From Schmidtea nova (taxonomy: Eukaryota), in NCBI GenBank assembly GCA_044892505.1, contig CM097883.1:134540001-134604000 (forward strand): a stretch of 64,000 bases of DNA, in the 5' to 3' direction. Each line of letters opens with the position of its first letter. Positions within the stretch are counted from its first letter, which is position 1. This document shows, piece after piece, positions 1 through 12,725 of the stretch. The notes under the pieces were generated by a model, which saw nothing but the letters and a program-made list of their open reading frames with translations, made no database searches and was not told where the DNA came from. A program made the translations under genes and the position numbers.

Positions 1-480
1 AGCAATAAGTGAATTTTGATAATCTATTAAATTATTAGTGTTTTGATTGAAATCGACATTTATCGATTTTTTTCTAGTCATTTTCATTTGTTTGTTTATC
101 TATCAACGATACAAAATGCGCTTACAGAAAAAACAGGCCCATAGCTTAACATCAAATAATCCTTGCTATGTCAGTGAACCGAGCCATGAGTTCGAACCAA
201 GCAGTAATCATGCACATTGCAACATGTCGGTGTTGACGGATTTCTATGTATGGGCAATTGAATGGATTTTTGTGTGCGTGTTGATATGGGTTTGTGATGC
301 ATTTCCTTTAGGATATTGATGATTTGAATTCACTGGACAACGATAGCTTTTTGAATAGCTTGGAAAATGCGATTTTTGTCGGCTACATGAATCACAATAG
401 ACCGAATTATTCCGTCGATCACAGCCTGACGAGATTGGCCAATCAGAATCCTCCAAACTCGTCTCATTGTTATAATAAAA
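1..480 (+). CDS. Partial single-pass transmembrane receptor: end of TM helix plus cytoplasmic tail with NPxY (exons <1-8, 78-247, 312-480)
   Basis: GT-AG introns 9-77 (69 bp, phase 1) and 248-311 (64 bp, phase 0) give one open frame: AIIIFICLFIY-QRYKMRLQKKQAHSLTSNNPCY...DFY|DIDDLNSLDN...HCYNK. A hydrophobic run is followed by a basic stop-transfer segment; donor gtgaga at 481. Confidence 0.7.
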
Positions 481-1817
481 GTGAGAAAATTTGAATATTT
501 GAAAAAACTGGATTTTAATTTATTATTATTATTATCATTAATTTTTTTTTAATAAATTTTTTTGCATAAATATTTTATTTGTCTTCGTTAATGGCTTTTT
601 AATTAATTAAATTTATTTTTCAGTTTTTATTTGAATATTTTTTAATGAAATAAGTAGAAAAAAATCGTTTGATATTGAGATTGATAGTGAGGAAATTGTT
701 TTTGTTGTTGTCTGGGCAAATTTTGCAAATTTGTGTGGGTTGGGGCAAAATATTGTCTGGATGCTTTTAATTATTTTTGTGAACAGGTCACATTGTTATA
801 ATGGGAATCGCTAGAATGGTTCTATGTATGTAATAGAATGGAATTGGTTATTAATTTTATGGTAGTACATTTAATATCCTTCATGGGCCTCTTAGATCAT
901 AATTTCGGTAGTAATCACACGGATTTATATCGATAGAAATCTTGATAGTTTTCCTTGAAATTGAGATTGTCTCAATGTTGAATGTAATGTTTGAGTTTTA
1001 ATTGAATTCTACTTTAAATTTGTCTGGTCCAGATCATGATGTAGTTTATATATTTTTTACACTGATATTTTATGTATGATTTTGATTCTCCACTTTACCT
1101 CTGGTACAAATCTAATTAGATTTCTATTAATACGTCTTATTCTGATTCGCCATGTTTATTTATTTGTGATCCTTAATTTTTTTATTTATTTCTCCGGTCC
1201 TTACACTGGAGTATAATTCCCACTACTCTTTCAATTATGTCTCATTTTTTAATCTTGAATCTTGTTTTCTTATTCAATTATATTCAACTACAAACTAGCC
1301 AGATGATTTATACTGTATATTCTGACAGTATTAGCATTCAAAATTATTATTTATCAAATTATTATTATCGAAGTTTATAAATTAAAATTTATTTATTTAA
1401 ACAAATTTATTTTTGAATTAATCTATGGACTAAAATAAATAACAGTTTTAAAAGAACTTCTTCGACAAATCATGCATTATTCGATTGAAAAAAGTAGATT
1501 TTCAGATAACTTTGAAATACAAATGGCATGTTAACGATAAAAAAATAAAAGTCATGCTGAAATGCTAATTTAACATATAAATCATAGATCTGATAATTTT
1601 TACATTTGATTTATATTTTTTTACAACTAAACTTTTGTGATTTAATTTAAGCATTTGATTTCTTAATTCCAGTGAAAAAGTAAGAAATTACCTGGGATTT
1701 TTTCAAAGTAATATTTAAGGTATAATTGTGTTAATTTACGTAGGCGCTGAACGAACAATGTTTCTTGGCCTGTTTTCATTGTTATTGTAAACACGTCTCA
1801 CTTCCCTTTGATCATTT

Positions 1818-2104
1818 CAGAAGCGTCCCAACATATTTGGCACCTCTGCAAAATTTTTTGTGCGCACCTCTAAAAATTGATATGGATTTTACATGTATAT
1901 ACACAAATTTCGCAAAAATATTGCTTATTAACTATATAAAAAATAGTAAATTCAAAAAAATTAAATGCAATTTTTAAAAAAAAAAATTAATATAATTATT
2001 TATGAAATCTATTAATGAAATATTAAAATCATTCATTATTATTTTTCAATTATTTTGCGCCCATATGCTATAGCACAGTTAGTACATTGGTTGGGACAGT
2101 TCTG
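1818..2104. mobile_element. hAT-type MITE
   Basis: Imperfect TIRs CAGAAGCGTCCCAAC / GTTGGGACAGTTCTG; exact 8-bp TSD GATCATTT at 1810-1817 and 2105-2112. Confidence 0.8.
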
Positions 2105-3738
2105 GATCATTTAACGATAAGAAATAGTTGAATTGTTAGATTTGGGTCGCCTAATATGTGCCGGAACAGAATTTTATAGGAAATTGATTCTAATGGGAAT
2201 ATTTATTGGTCGTCTAATTTTTATCTATTTTTGGACATATTATTATTAGATTATAAAGTTCGTTCGTTTTTTCAATAATATTTTGCTTATTGAATGAAAA
2301 TCACAATGATTTGTAAAGACAAACTTCTATCTTATTCAATTTTTTATCTTCGTTTCATTTTTCATTTTGTTCAAGATTTTGTTTTTTTTTAATTGCAAAA
2401 TATTGATTAATGATTAAAAAACTATGAAGATAACAAAAATATTCATTTATTATTTTTTTTGTTTTAATACGCTTATTTTTATGACCAAAAGTTGTTTGGG
2501 TTAAAATTTTATGTATTTTAATGATTAACTTTTATGAAATCTCATTTATGGAGTTGTATATTTTACGGGTTTCACGATGGCAACCAAGTAACAGAAAAAT
2601 ATCACATTTTGTGTGCATTTTTGATTCAGCTACTATAAAGGTTTACTCTATTCAAATACGCTTCAAACTTTTCAAAGCTCATTCCGTTAATCCTGCGAAG
2701 TTTTAAAAATACATATTATAAGCATAATTTATTAAAAATGTAAATTTTTAAAAGTAAAAATTCACTTTTATCAGCCAATTTATTACATGTCTTTTTTTCC
2801 ATTCAAATATCAAAAAATAAATAAAAGCTTTAACAACCAATTATTATCATCTTAACTTTAAAAAAGTAGTTTTCGTTGATTTAGAAAACATTTCAGAACC
2901 AAAATAATAGAAATAAGCTGTTTGCAAATCCCTGAAAATGATATGGTTTGCCTTCGAATCCAGTTTCATGGATTTTTCACATATCTTTAGTAAATAACTT
3001 AACACAAACATTAGTAATTAATTTCGGAGATATAGAGGCGTACAGGCTAACAATTTTAGAAATTGGCTTTTTAATTTTAAGTATATTTTTGACACATTTT
3101 TGGTGTAGAAAGACGTTAATGCGCCGATTTTTTGTTTTAATTTTATGGTTTTACTTGAATGGTTTATCAAAATAATAAATAAAATTACTATTATTAGTTC
3201 CAATAAATAACAATTGCTTTCAAAGTTACAAAGCTTTTAAATGTAATATAAAATAATTACATTATTCTTGATTCCCTTGTTTAAAGATTTTCTTTCAATG
3301 TTTTAGAGACTTTGCTGGAAAAAATGATTTCATTTTAAATCCTAAAGTGAAATGAAGTTTAGGTTCTCGTTTAATTGAGAGTAATAGTTTGAAATAATAC
3401 TAAAAAAAATATAATCTGATACCACCTAGAGCAAGGTTCCTATAATTTACTTACCAGCTTCCTTATGCAATTTTGTAAACGGGTGAATAGAAAGCAAACA
3501 TCAGAAAATTCACTTTTCTAACAATAAAACCACAACAGATCAATATTTTCACATTCATCTGATATTATAAATTCTTATTTTTTTATTTCAGCAAGTATAT
3601 GCTTGATAAATTTTTCACATTGCACTGTGCTATTGATATTGCTATTCGACAGAGCAAAAATCAGTTGTCAATTGATTTTTTGATATTGTGTTGTCCATTT
3701 AGGAATTATTATTATTATTGATTAATTTTTATTATTAT

Positions 3739-4556
3739 TGCTGGGTTGTTTATTTTGATTCGGCTTGTTATCTGACTTCTAAATCTCCTATAATTGAAAA
3801 TCAACAAAACCCAACACAATACATTTTATTGAATTCTCCAATATATAAAAGATAAATCAATACAATTTATAATTTCTGCAAAACACTCAGTACTATTCTT
3901 TATTCAAGCGATACGGGTAGGTCTACCAAAGAGTAGATTGCCCTTTCTGGTACGCTTTTGATTTGGTAATATTAGGTTTCTGACAATCACACTCTTCCCA
4001 CTTACCAAATGTATCGTACTCCCTACTTCGACCAATCTTACACTGCCTTTTAATATGTGTCTCTTTAATAGCCTTCTCCTAATAACAATATAATTAAATT
4101 TTACCACAATTTTCCGTTAATTGTATTTTAGGTCTTGTAATCTAATTCTTCTGATGGAAAACAAGGTTTAATTAAATCAACCTAGACAATAATCCTTTTG
4201 ACCTGCAACAATTATATTTCACATCCAATTAGTCCGGGTTTACCACGTGTTCGGGTTTTCCATTGGCTCGGGCTTCCCACATAACTAATAAATTATTCAA
4301 TAATTTTTAATTAATTTATATTTATTGAATATCTTTTTCTAAGGACCCCTATTGATATTTTATTATCGTATTTGTACTCGTCTTCTCATTTTACATCCGT
4401 ACATCCCAATTTTCCCTGCACTATTTGAATTTTTAATTAATTTTTGTACTTATTTATAACTTGTGAATTTAACATATTTCAGCCTTTTTATTGATTTGCT
4501 CCCGATCCCCCGCGCACTCTCGTCTCATATTGCATCACTTTAGACGAAAATCGACA
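3739..4556 (-). mobile_element. Solo LTR (818 bp)
   Basis: TG...CA ends with 4-bp TSD TTAT (3735-3738, 4557-4560). AATAAA followed by TGTGTTGGGTTTT near the 3' end on the minus strand. Shares motifs with copies near 15.4, 22.4 and 25.5 kb. Confidence 0.7.
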
Positions 4557-5352
4557 TTATTATTAATATTTTTTCATTTAACGCATCTAAATATTTGGCC
4601 ATTTCACGAAACACCGGGGACCATAATAATTTGTGCATACAATGAAGTTTATTACTCTTAATAAAAAATCTGAATAACCTTTGTACACTGACAAATATTT
4701 AATTTCTTGATTGAATTAAGCCTGTGACATAAAACCATTGCCTGCAGTTTCATTGGTTGATTTCTTACTGAATTATCTATCGAAATTTCTGTGATGCCAA
4801 GAAAATTATTTTAATCATTTAAAGAAAACTCAATTAGGCTGCAATAAATGTTTTTAGATGCACTTTCGTCTATGAAAAATAGATTATTGGTAAAATCTAT
4901 TTTCGTACCTTAATCAGCTAGTGGTAAATAAGGATCACCACAACATGTTTTTAGAAAATTGGTTTATCTCATGCATGCAATTACCATTCCTGCATTTGGT
5001 TTATTGACGATTGTCACAATAATTGCAATGCTGCGGTTGCCGCTAATAATAGCAACAATGATATTTAAATATAAAAAGTACTATTTCTCAATTAGATTTG
5101 AAATAATAAGTTCAGATTGCCTGTTGATAATTATAAGCGTGAAAATCACTTATTTAATCCATATATAATTTAATTCATTTATAATTCATTTAACGAATTT
5201 GTTAAATTTCATTTATGTTTTTTTAATTTTCTTTCTGACTAGTAGTTTCAATACATATGTATTTGGAATTTCCTATCAGATCTTTATTTTGTATGAAGTG
5301 TAACCCTTATAAAATAGGGAAGAAGATTCAAATCAGAATTTTGATCCACTTA

Positions 5353-5580
5353 CCGTATTTGCTGGTGTATGACCCCCTTGTGTATAAGACCCCCTCTAAA
5401 CTTTACAGATATAAAAATGTAAAAAGTGAAATGTGTAAAAATAATAAAAAGAATTTTTTTTTAATTATTTTAATCATCGTAACAATCAACAAAATCATCA
5501 CTTAAATCAGAAAACTCTTCATTATTTTCATCGCTGAATATATGTAAAAAGGGGGGGGACTTATACACCGGCAAATACGG
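5353..5580. mobile_element. Tc2/pogo-like MITE
   Basis: TA-flanked TIRs CCGTATTTGC(T/C)GGTGTAT ... ATACACCGGCAAATACGG. Confidence 0.75.
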
Positions 5581-6115
5581 TATATTATTTAAATACTTTT
5601 TAAAGCTTTTCGATTTGTAATGAAGTTTGGTTTGAGATTAACTTTAACATTCCTAACGCAAATAGTTATTAATAAATGATTTTAGTTGAAGAATTTTATT
5701 GAAATTTGTTCTTGAAATAACGAAATCTTTTTTTTATTGTTTGATTACTTTGTCTTCTAAAAATATAATTCTTACCAAGTAAACAGATTAAATCTATTTT
5801 GAAATTCATTGATTTTATATAAAATCATATTTATAAAAATGGTGTAACTCTATAATAATTTAAAAAGCAAAAATTTCATAATTTCTCAAAGCGTTTTCAA
5901 ATTCCTAATAAATATGCTATCTAGAAAATCAGAGTTATCAGTAGTTTTTGTAATATCCATATATAAAGAGCAGTAATATTAAAAATAAGAAATGAACTTA
6001 AAAAGCAAAAAAAATTTGATAATTTTTTTTTTGATTTAAAATTTTTAATATCAATAAAAAATATTTTTATATTAGCTCTGTATATTGCCGGTCCAAGACC
6101 ACCTAGTTTATTTTT

Positions 6116-6344
6116 ACTCCAGCCGCGGGTGATTTTTTAAATTTTTTGTATCAAATCGGGGGATATTTTTATTCGCTATTTATATTAGTTATAAGGATTA
6201 TATGATGGGAATGTAAAAAAGAAAACAAAAATTTGAGTATAGATTTTCAAATTTATTGATATTATGCAACGCGATAATAGCGTACCCCGCGAAATTGTAT
6301 ACAATAAGTGAAACGTGAAATCCACGTCACCCGCGGCTGCAGGG
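6116..6344. mobile_element. piggyBac-like MITE, left end decayed
   Basis: Inverted repeat CAGCCGCGGGTGA / TCACCCGCGGCTG; right end ...GCAGGG followed by TTAA at 6345-6348. Confidence 0.5.
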
Positions 6345-7544
6345 TTAACAATTAGAAAAACTAATTTATATTTTGCAGGACAAATATTAATTTGAAATTC
6401 ATCTTAATTCTTAACAATTTAATCACTCTATTATGTGCCAATGACGTTCAAAATATCGATATTTTATTGAAAAATAGGTAAATAAAAATTATCTATTGAT
6501 TAACTTTATTTCTACATTTAATGGTATTTAAATCAATCTAAATTAAAAGCAGTAACAATAAACGACGTGAAAGACTGAAATATTTTAGATAAAATTATTC
6601 ATATGCTAATTTACTAACTTATTTTTTAAAAGTTATTATCGCAGTTTAATTTTATTTTTATCTGTCTGTTACCAGTGTTGCATAATCGTTTGAAAGTAAT
6701 AAATTCACCGATAAAACTTAGAATCGTGTGCAGTTATTAATATTGATTTATCTACGAGAATTATCGATTTCTGTAAATATCGACATCAGTTAATATTTTT
6801 CTATTTTTCTCCAATTCCCATGGGAATTTTTTGATTTCTGTTTAGAAGAAAATTTATTGAGATGAAAAAAAATTTATAAAGCAGAGTTTATTTTATTTGT
6901 GTTGTATGTTAAACCAATTTTAGAAATTTATTCAAGTTAAAGATTGTTTACAATTATTTTTAGAATTGTTAACTTCATTGAAAATTGAAATTAATATTAA
7001 AAGTCGATTAAACTCGATTTCCTTATACATTTAATACCAAGATCCGACCGTTACAGTTTACCATGGGGAAAATTAGCAATCGGATTACAAAATTAAGATT
7101 TCATATTTTTGACAATAGTTCTAAAAAAACTTTTTTTGATACTTTATGAAAAAGAAAATTTTAAAATGAAAATGTTTTAATTCATTTAACTAATAAATAT
7201 TATTTATCAAATTTCAAACTTGGGAAGAATAGAAATATATGTTACTCAATATTGACAAATTTTTAAAATGATTTAATAATTATTCAAATATTTTTAAATA
7301 AATACAAATTTAAAAGCTTAAATAATTTTTGGATTTAATGAATTAATAATTTTAAATCATAATTAGATTTTCTCCTAAAATGATATGTTATACAAACTAT
7401 TTATTTAATTGCTTTAAAAGAAGCTCTTCGGTGGATCACTTCAATTCTTATATTTATAATTCATTTACGATTCTCATCACAAAATTCAATTAATATAAAA
7501 TGATTATTTCTTGGTAGCAGTATTAATTTAATATTAGATAATGT

Positions 7545-8326
7545 AGTGCCTCAGACTTTTCAATTTAATTATGACATTAATTTAATAATTAAATTATTAA
7601 TGTAATATTATATTAAATGAACACTTTTCTTTTTGTTTTAAAAAAACAAAAAATGCACTTTTTACATTTTCACTTTCAAAAAAACCAACACGACGAACAT
7701 GCTCCAAAAAGAATTTACAATTATAAAATCAAAATCTGAAATGAAATCCAATGAAATGTTTTCAAATACAAATGAGGCGATGAATCAGAGATCTACGGAA
7801 ATATCGAGTGAAAAGAAGCTATCTGAATCCAATACTAATACTTATAAACTATCGGATTGTGTCAGTAACAATCATCAATCATTGGATATGGGAATTCTTT
7901 CACCCTCATCTCAATTATGTCCTCCGCCTGGAAGGGAAAATGTTCATTTACTTCAACAATTCCAAATATTTCTCGTTGCTAAACATTCGTAATATCACTT
8001 CGATTTTTAGTGGTTGCAATATGAATCAGATTAATGAGTTTTTCGATGTCGGCCCTATGGATGACAATCAAACCAGCAATCGTTTATGCATAGTGAAACC
8101 AATAAGCAATTCAACCAAAAACCATTGAATCCCAAACACTATATGTGTAATGTTCAAACAATGCCTAATCCCAGCACAATCAATCAAAATCAACTGGTTA
8201 GACTGTCAAAGATTAGCGATTACGAAAGCCAAGGAACTCATTCAACAACTATTCTATCATCAATGTCAATGTCAAATATATGTTATCTTTATTCGGTTTA
8301 TATTAAATTTATTCTTTTTCTACAGA
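7545..8326 (+). pseudogene. Degenerate exon of an unknown Ser/Asn-rich protein, copy A
   Basis: ORFs 7699-7992, 7808-8128 and 8086-8340 join into one peptide via two frameshifts. Aligns by eye with the inverted copy at 54424-55152, including flanking intron-like DNA. Confidence 0.55.
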
Positions 8327-8329
8327 TAA

Positions 8330-8411
8330 TTAATAAATAACAAGATCAGCATTTGCTGAAAAATGTTCACCTAATAAACCTACAACAAAGGCTTATCTTG
8401 TTATTTATTAA
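8330..8411. repeat. Short foldback / mini-MITE
   Basis: Perfect 17-bp inverted repeat TTAATAAATAACAAGAT ... ATCTTGTTATTTATTAA. Confidence 0.45.
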
Positions 8412-8577
8412 TATTTAATATTAAATTAAGAATAGATAGAGATTTTCATCCTTCTATGCGAACAAGACGTTTATTACTGTTAATTGTATAAATTTTATCA
8501 CTTTTTAAATTATTGAATGATCTGTTTAATTTTGTTTTATTGATATTGAGGTAGTCAATAAATTCTAATGATATTTT

Positions 8578-8786
8578 GGCACTTGTTCACAATTACCCCC
8601 CCCACCACATTTGAGTATATGTGTGAATAATGAGCTTTTGCACATAAAAACCATCACAAAAGATGTTCTGTTACTAAAGGTTCTGTTCGAAATGTTCTGC
8701 TAGTGGATAAATTTAATGTGCAAAAGCTCATTATTCACACATATACTAAAATAACTCAAATGTGGGGGGAATTGTGTACAAGTGCC
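8578..8786. mobile_element. Foldback MITE with 8-bp TSD (GG termini; Merlin- or MULE-like by inference)
   Basis: Long TIRs starting GGCACTTGT(T/A)CACAATT; exact TSD GATATTTT at 8570-8577 and 8787-8794. Confidence 0.85.
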
Positions 8787-9149
8787 GATATTTTAATTAA
8801 AAACTAATAAATAATCGCAGTAAATAAATGCAATTAAGAAATCAAGCGTGATGGAGCTCTTCAAGCAAGTAGGAAAATTTATTGAACTTAGATTGACTGA
8901 ATTTGGCCTTATAAATATTGCGAAAACCGACTCAAGTGAAGACGCTTCTCAACAATTAGGCATAATGTAAGAGGACTGATCGTATTACCAAATATAGTTA
9001 CGTGCTTTTAGCTAGGATGTCAGATGTGCTTTCAGTAATTAAAATACAATTTCTCGTATTAAATTCAATAATTTAACTTCGTGAAGTAATTGTAAAATTA
9101 TAATGTCATTTACCTTTAATATAAATAGAAACATGAAAAAATATACGAA

Positions 9150-9700
9150 CAATTACTTTTTAAAATTTATCAAAGTACTCTATATATATTTCTCAATAAC
9201 TCTTCGGTATGCTTTCTTACGCCGCTTGTGTTTCTTTGAAAAATTTTGCAAAATTCTATACGTTTTACAATCCGACTTTTCTTTTAATAGTTGTCCAAAT
9301 GTTCTGAAATGAATCTAAATCTAGACTTCATGAAGACTAGACATAAAGAATGACGACTAACCATTTTAATAAAATAAGCAGGTTCATAATTTGGGTCATT
9401 ATTCGGTTAAAAACGAAAAATTATTAGCATATTTTCATTCGCATATGACAATTTACTATTCTGTAATATGTGAATGTGCTAGTATCTATCCATTTTATTA
9501 ATAGTGTTGACACCATGCCATAACAATGGACCATATATCATATTTTCTTGCAATGTTTTTTGATTAACGGTCCTCAATTACCTCAAAATAAGTTACTGTC
9601 ATTGAAGACTTCGCAATACCGAGACTTATCGCATACCTTGAAGATCACGGAAAAGTTTAAATTTTCATAGAATTTTCAGCAGTAAAGTCCATACCAAGAA
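9150..9700 (-). mobile_element. Highly decayed Tc1 transposase remnant
   Basis: Minus-strand translation gives GPLLWHGVNTINKMDRY*HIHILQN...F*PNNDP and SLDLDSFQNIWTTIKRKV, a decayed SPDLNPIENLW motif; many stops. Confidence 0.55.
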
Positions 9701-10483
9701 TAAATTTAATTATTATATTTAAAAGTATCAATTAATAATCTTTGATTTAACCTAACTTAATTATTTCTATAAATAAAATAATTGCTTTAATGATTCGTTG
9801 ATTCTGTTGTACATTCGAAATAATATGTTACTAAATATTTTAATCAACTCAGCAGTTCAATTCTACAGTGTTTAATAGAGGTACACGTGTTGATATTTTG
9901 CCATTCCTAGAAATATCAGATCTATTTTTAGCGGTCTCGTGTTGACATTTACTGTGCAGAAATGTATTTCTATGTCTTAAATTCCATTTGTTTAGAGAAA
10001 TTTGGGGGGGGGGGAGAAATAAATGTTACTAGAAATAGTTTATAATAATTTCATTATTGTAATAATTTCAGAAATTTTCATTTTTTTATATATCGACTGT
10101 AGATCAAAGTGGTTTTTTTTTGTATGCAGGCTTGAAAATGACTGTGCTGGAAACTCGTATGTTATAAAAAAACAATTTTGATCGAGTCTTTATAAATAAA
10201 AATAAAAATTTCTGTAAAAAAAGAGATCAAAAGTAAAAATAAAATAGAATTAAGTAATTATGTCAAATGATATGATAACTTTCGGTACTGTCTTTTTTAA
10301 ATAGTATTTTTAAGTAGAAATAATACTTAGAATAAAAATCGACAGTACCAAAAATTTGTGTTGAGTTTGGAAAAATCTATTTGATCTATTATCGGAGAAA
10401 AAGAAAATAAACAATAATGAAATAGATCACTGGTGAAGAATGTTTAATGATAAATTTTAATGACTTCGTCTCCACAACTTTAC

Positions 10484-10486
<3 letters not shown>

Positions 10487-10541
<55 letters not shown>

Positions 10542-10550
10542 TAATAATAT
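10487..10550. repeat. (AAT)n microsatellite
   Basis: Direct reading. Confidence 0.9.
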
Positions 10551-10610
10551 CATAATTATCTTTTTTCACCTTTGATCTTTTTTTATTATTATTATCAATA
10601 ATTCTCATAA

Positions 10611-10741
10611 TGATGACTATAGATCAAAATTTTTTTTTAAACAATACCACAATATTTCGGCACAGCCTTTATACACACTTGATAAAGGCTGTGCCGAAAT
10701 ATTGTGGTATTGTTTAAAAAAAATTGATCTATAGTCATCAT
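10611..10741. repeat. Near-perfect palindrome with ~60-bp arms, abutting a gap
   Basis: ATGATGACTATAGATC...GGCACAGCCTTTAT acacacttg ATAAAGGCTGTGCC...GATCTATAGTCATCAT. Confidence 0.85.
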
Positions 10742-10891
10742 NNNNNNNNNNNNNNNNNNNNNNNNNNNNNNNNNNNNNNNNNNNNNNNNNNNNNNNNNNN
10801 NNNNNNNNNNNNNNNNNNNNNNNNNNNNNNNNNNNNNNNNNNNNNNNNNNNNNNNNNNNNNNNNNNNNNNNNNNNNNNNNNNNNNNNNNNN

Positions 10892-10978
10892 AGGTAACAA
10901 TAGTAAGCCTTCTCCGCAATTGCGGAGAAGGCTTACCATTGTTACCTTATTATTATATTTTAATAAACTCTGCTAACG
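10892..10978. repeat. Hairpin repeat; right arm plus flank recurs at 11467-11524
   Basis: AGGTAACAATAGTAAGCCTTCTCCGCAA|TTGCGGAGAAGGCTTACCATTGTTACCT; the second copy differs at 2 positions. Confidence 0.75.
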
Positions 10979-11705
10979 ACAAACCAATTTGTATTTATAC
11001 TTTCAATCTGAGCCAGATTAACGTCGTCTTCGAAATAGCTAAGGACAAGATTTTAATAAAAAATTAAAATTTCAAAGTGAGATTTATTCTTGAGAATTCA
11101 TTAAAAGAGGATTTTTATGAAAGAATTATTCTAATTTTGTATAGAGAAGTGATTTTTTTTGGTTTTTTAAAGTGTTTTTATTTAAAAAAATAACATTAAA
11201 GAACTTTGACTCTATGATTTTTTAAAATTTTTTTTAAAAAAAGGATGCTCTAAATTACTGAAAATTATTAAATAAAATATTTTTAAATTTTATTTTAAAT
11301 TAAAAATTTTATTTAATATATCTCAAAAATAAATCTTAAATTGTTTTAATAATTAACATTAAATCAGAATTCAGGAGAAAGAAAATATCCAGAAAGAAGT
11401 GGAATATCAATTGGAAAGAATTTCGCATTGAGTGATCAGGATCTTTTAAAGATCGAATTTATAACATTGCGGAGAAGACTTACTATTGTTACCTTATTAT
11501 TATATTTTAATAAACTCTGCTAACNNNNNNNNNNNNNNNNNNNNNNNNNNNNNNNNNNNNNNNNNNNNNNNNNNNNNNNNNNNNNNNNNNNNNNNNNNNN
11601 NNNNNNNNNNNNNNNNNNNNNNNNNNNNNNNNNNNNNNNNNNNNNNNNNNNNNNNNNNNNNNNNNNNNNNNNNNNNNNNGGCTTTTGCTACAAAGATTTT
11701 ATTGG

Positions 11706-11708
<3 letters not shown>

Positions 11709-11760
<52 letters not shown>
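11709..11760. repeat. (AT)n microsatellite
   Basis: Direct reading. Confidence 0.95.
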
Positions 11761-11763
<3 letters not shown>

Positions 11764-12280
11764 CAAATAATACATATCAATCTTTGATAAGGATTATTTG
11801 ATAATTAAAATTTTCAGCCAATAAAAACTTTTCAACAAAGGTATTTTATTAATTAATTATTTATTAATTATTTAATATTTAATTAACTCTGCTAAAAACT
11901 ATTTTTAAATAATAATTATTATTTTTATAATCATAATGTTTTAATTAATTTTAATAATTTTTAAATAAATTTCGAAAGTTTAAAATTTAATTTTATGATT
12001 TTTAAAAAGTTGATTTATGTGTTTTGCATCAATAAAATTAAATTGGGAAATATTTTTTTGATTATTTTCACAAGTATATTCATCAAATTTACTTTCCTAT
12101 TTCAATTTAAGTTATTAAAACTTTCTAAATTTGTTTTAGATTAAATTTTAATTTGATTAATCTTTAACACTTGGACGTGGTAAATAAATACTCTCACATC
12201 ATTGTTTATTTTTCTGAAAAAATTAATTTATTAATAGAAATATTTTCGTAACTGTTTTCTGTTTTTTTTTCATTTTATAG

Positions 12281-12725
12281 TCTGTTGTGAAAGAATTTTC
12301 TGATTTAGATGAGCAGCAGCTGAACCGTAAATTATCCTCTTCATCAAATAGCAATCCACGTAAACATTCCTCCGGACAGTGTAATTCTCGTTCAGCCATT
12401 CAGCTGCGAAACAAAAAATCCAAGCGGGCAGTTAGCACTGTCGATTCAAACATCGAGCATATCCGACCACGAAATAAGTCAGAAACCGCTTGCGAGATTA
12501 CGAGATCTACCTCGAATCTCATTTCCAGTAAAATGTGTCTGACTGCTTCCACTGACAGTGTGTGCAATTCTTCACGGGGCTCTAATCAAATACCAGAAGT
12601 GTCTAATCAGTATAAACTGGAAGAGCAGACTTCCAGAGATGCAAATACTGATAATAAAACAGAGTCGTCAACCGATAGCCGAACCTCGGTTAACAGTAGC
12701 AGTGCAATGATGTCTAACTATTTAG
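12281..12725 (+). CDS. Internal coding exon, Ser-rich low complexity; probably the same gene as 1-480
   Basis: Strong acceptor ttttttcattttatag, 445-nt open frame with higher GC, donor TTAG|gtaatt; phase 0 in, phase 1 out. Confidence 0.65.

Noticed and set aside
244-456. Minus-strand 70-aa ORF
   Set aside because: Antisense shadow of the plus-strand exons, which have coherent splice sites and a TM-NPxY reading.
2880-3170. IVSLYASI...GFEGKPYHFQG on the minus strand, reminiscent of RT motifs
   Set aside because: Motif spacing is too short, the catalytic Asp is absent and the frame has stops; not supportable.
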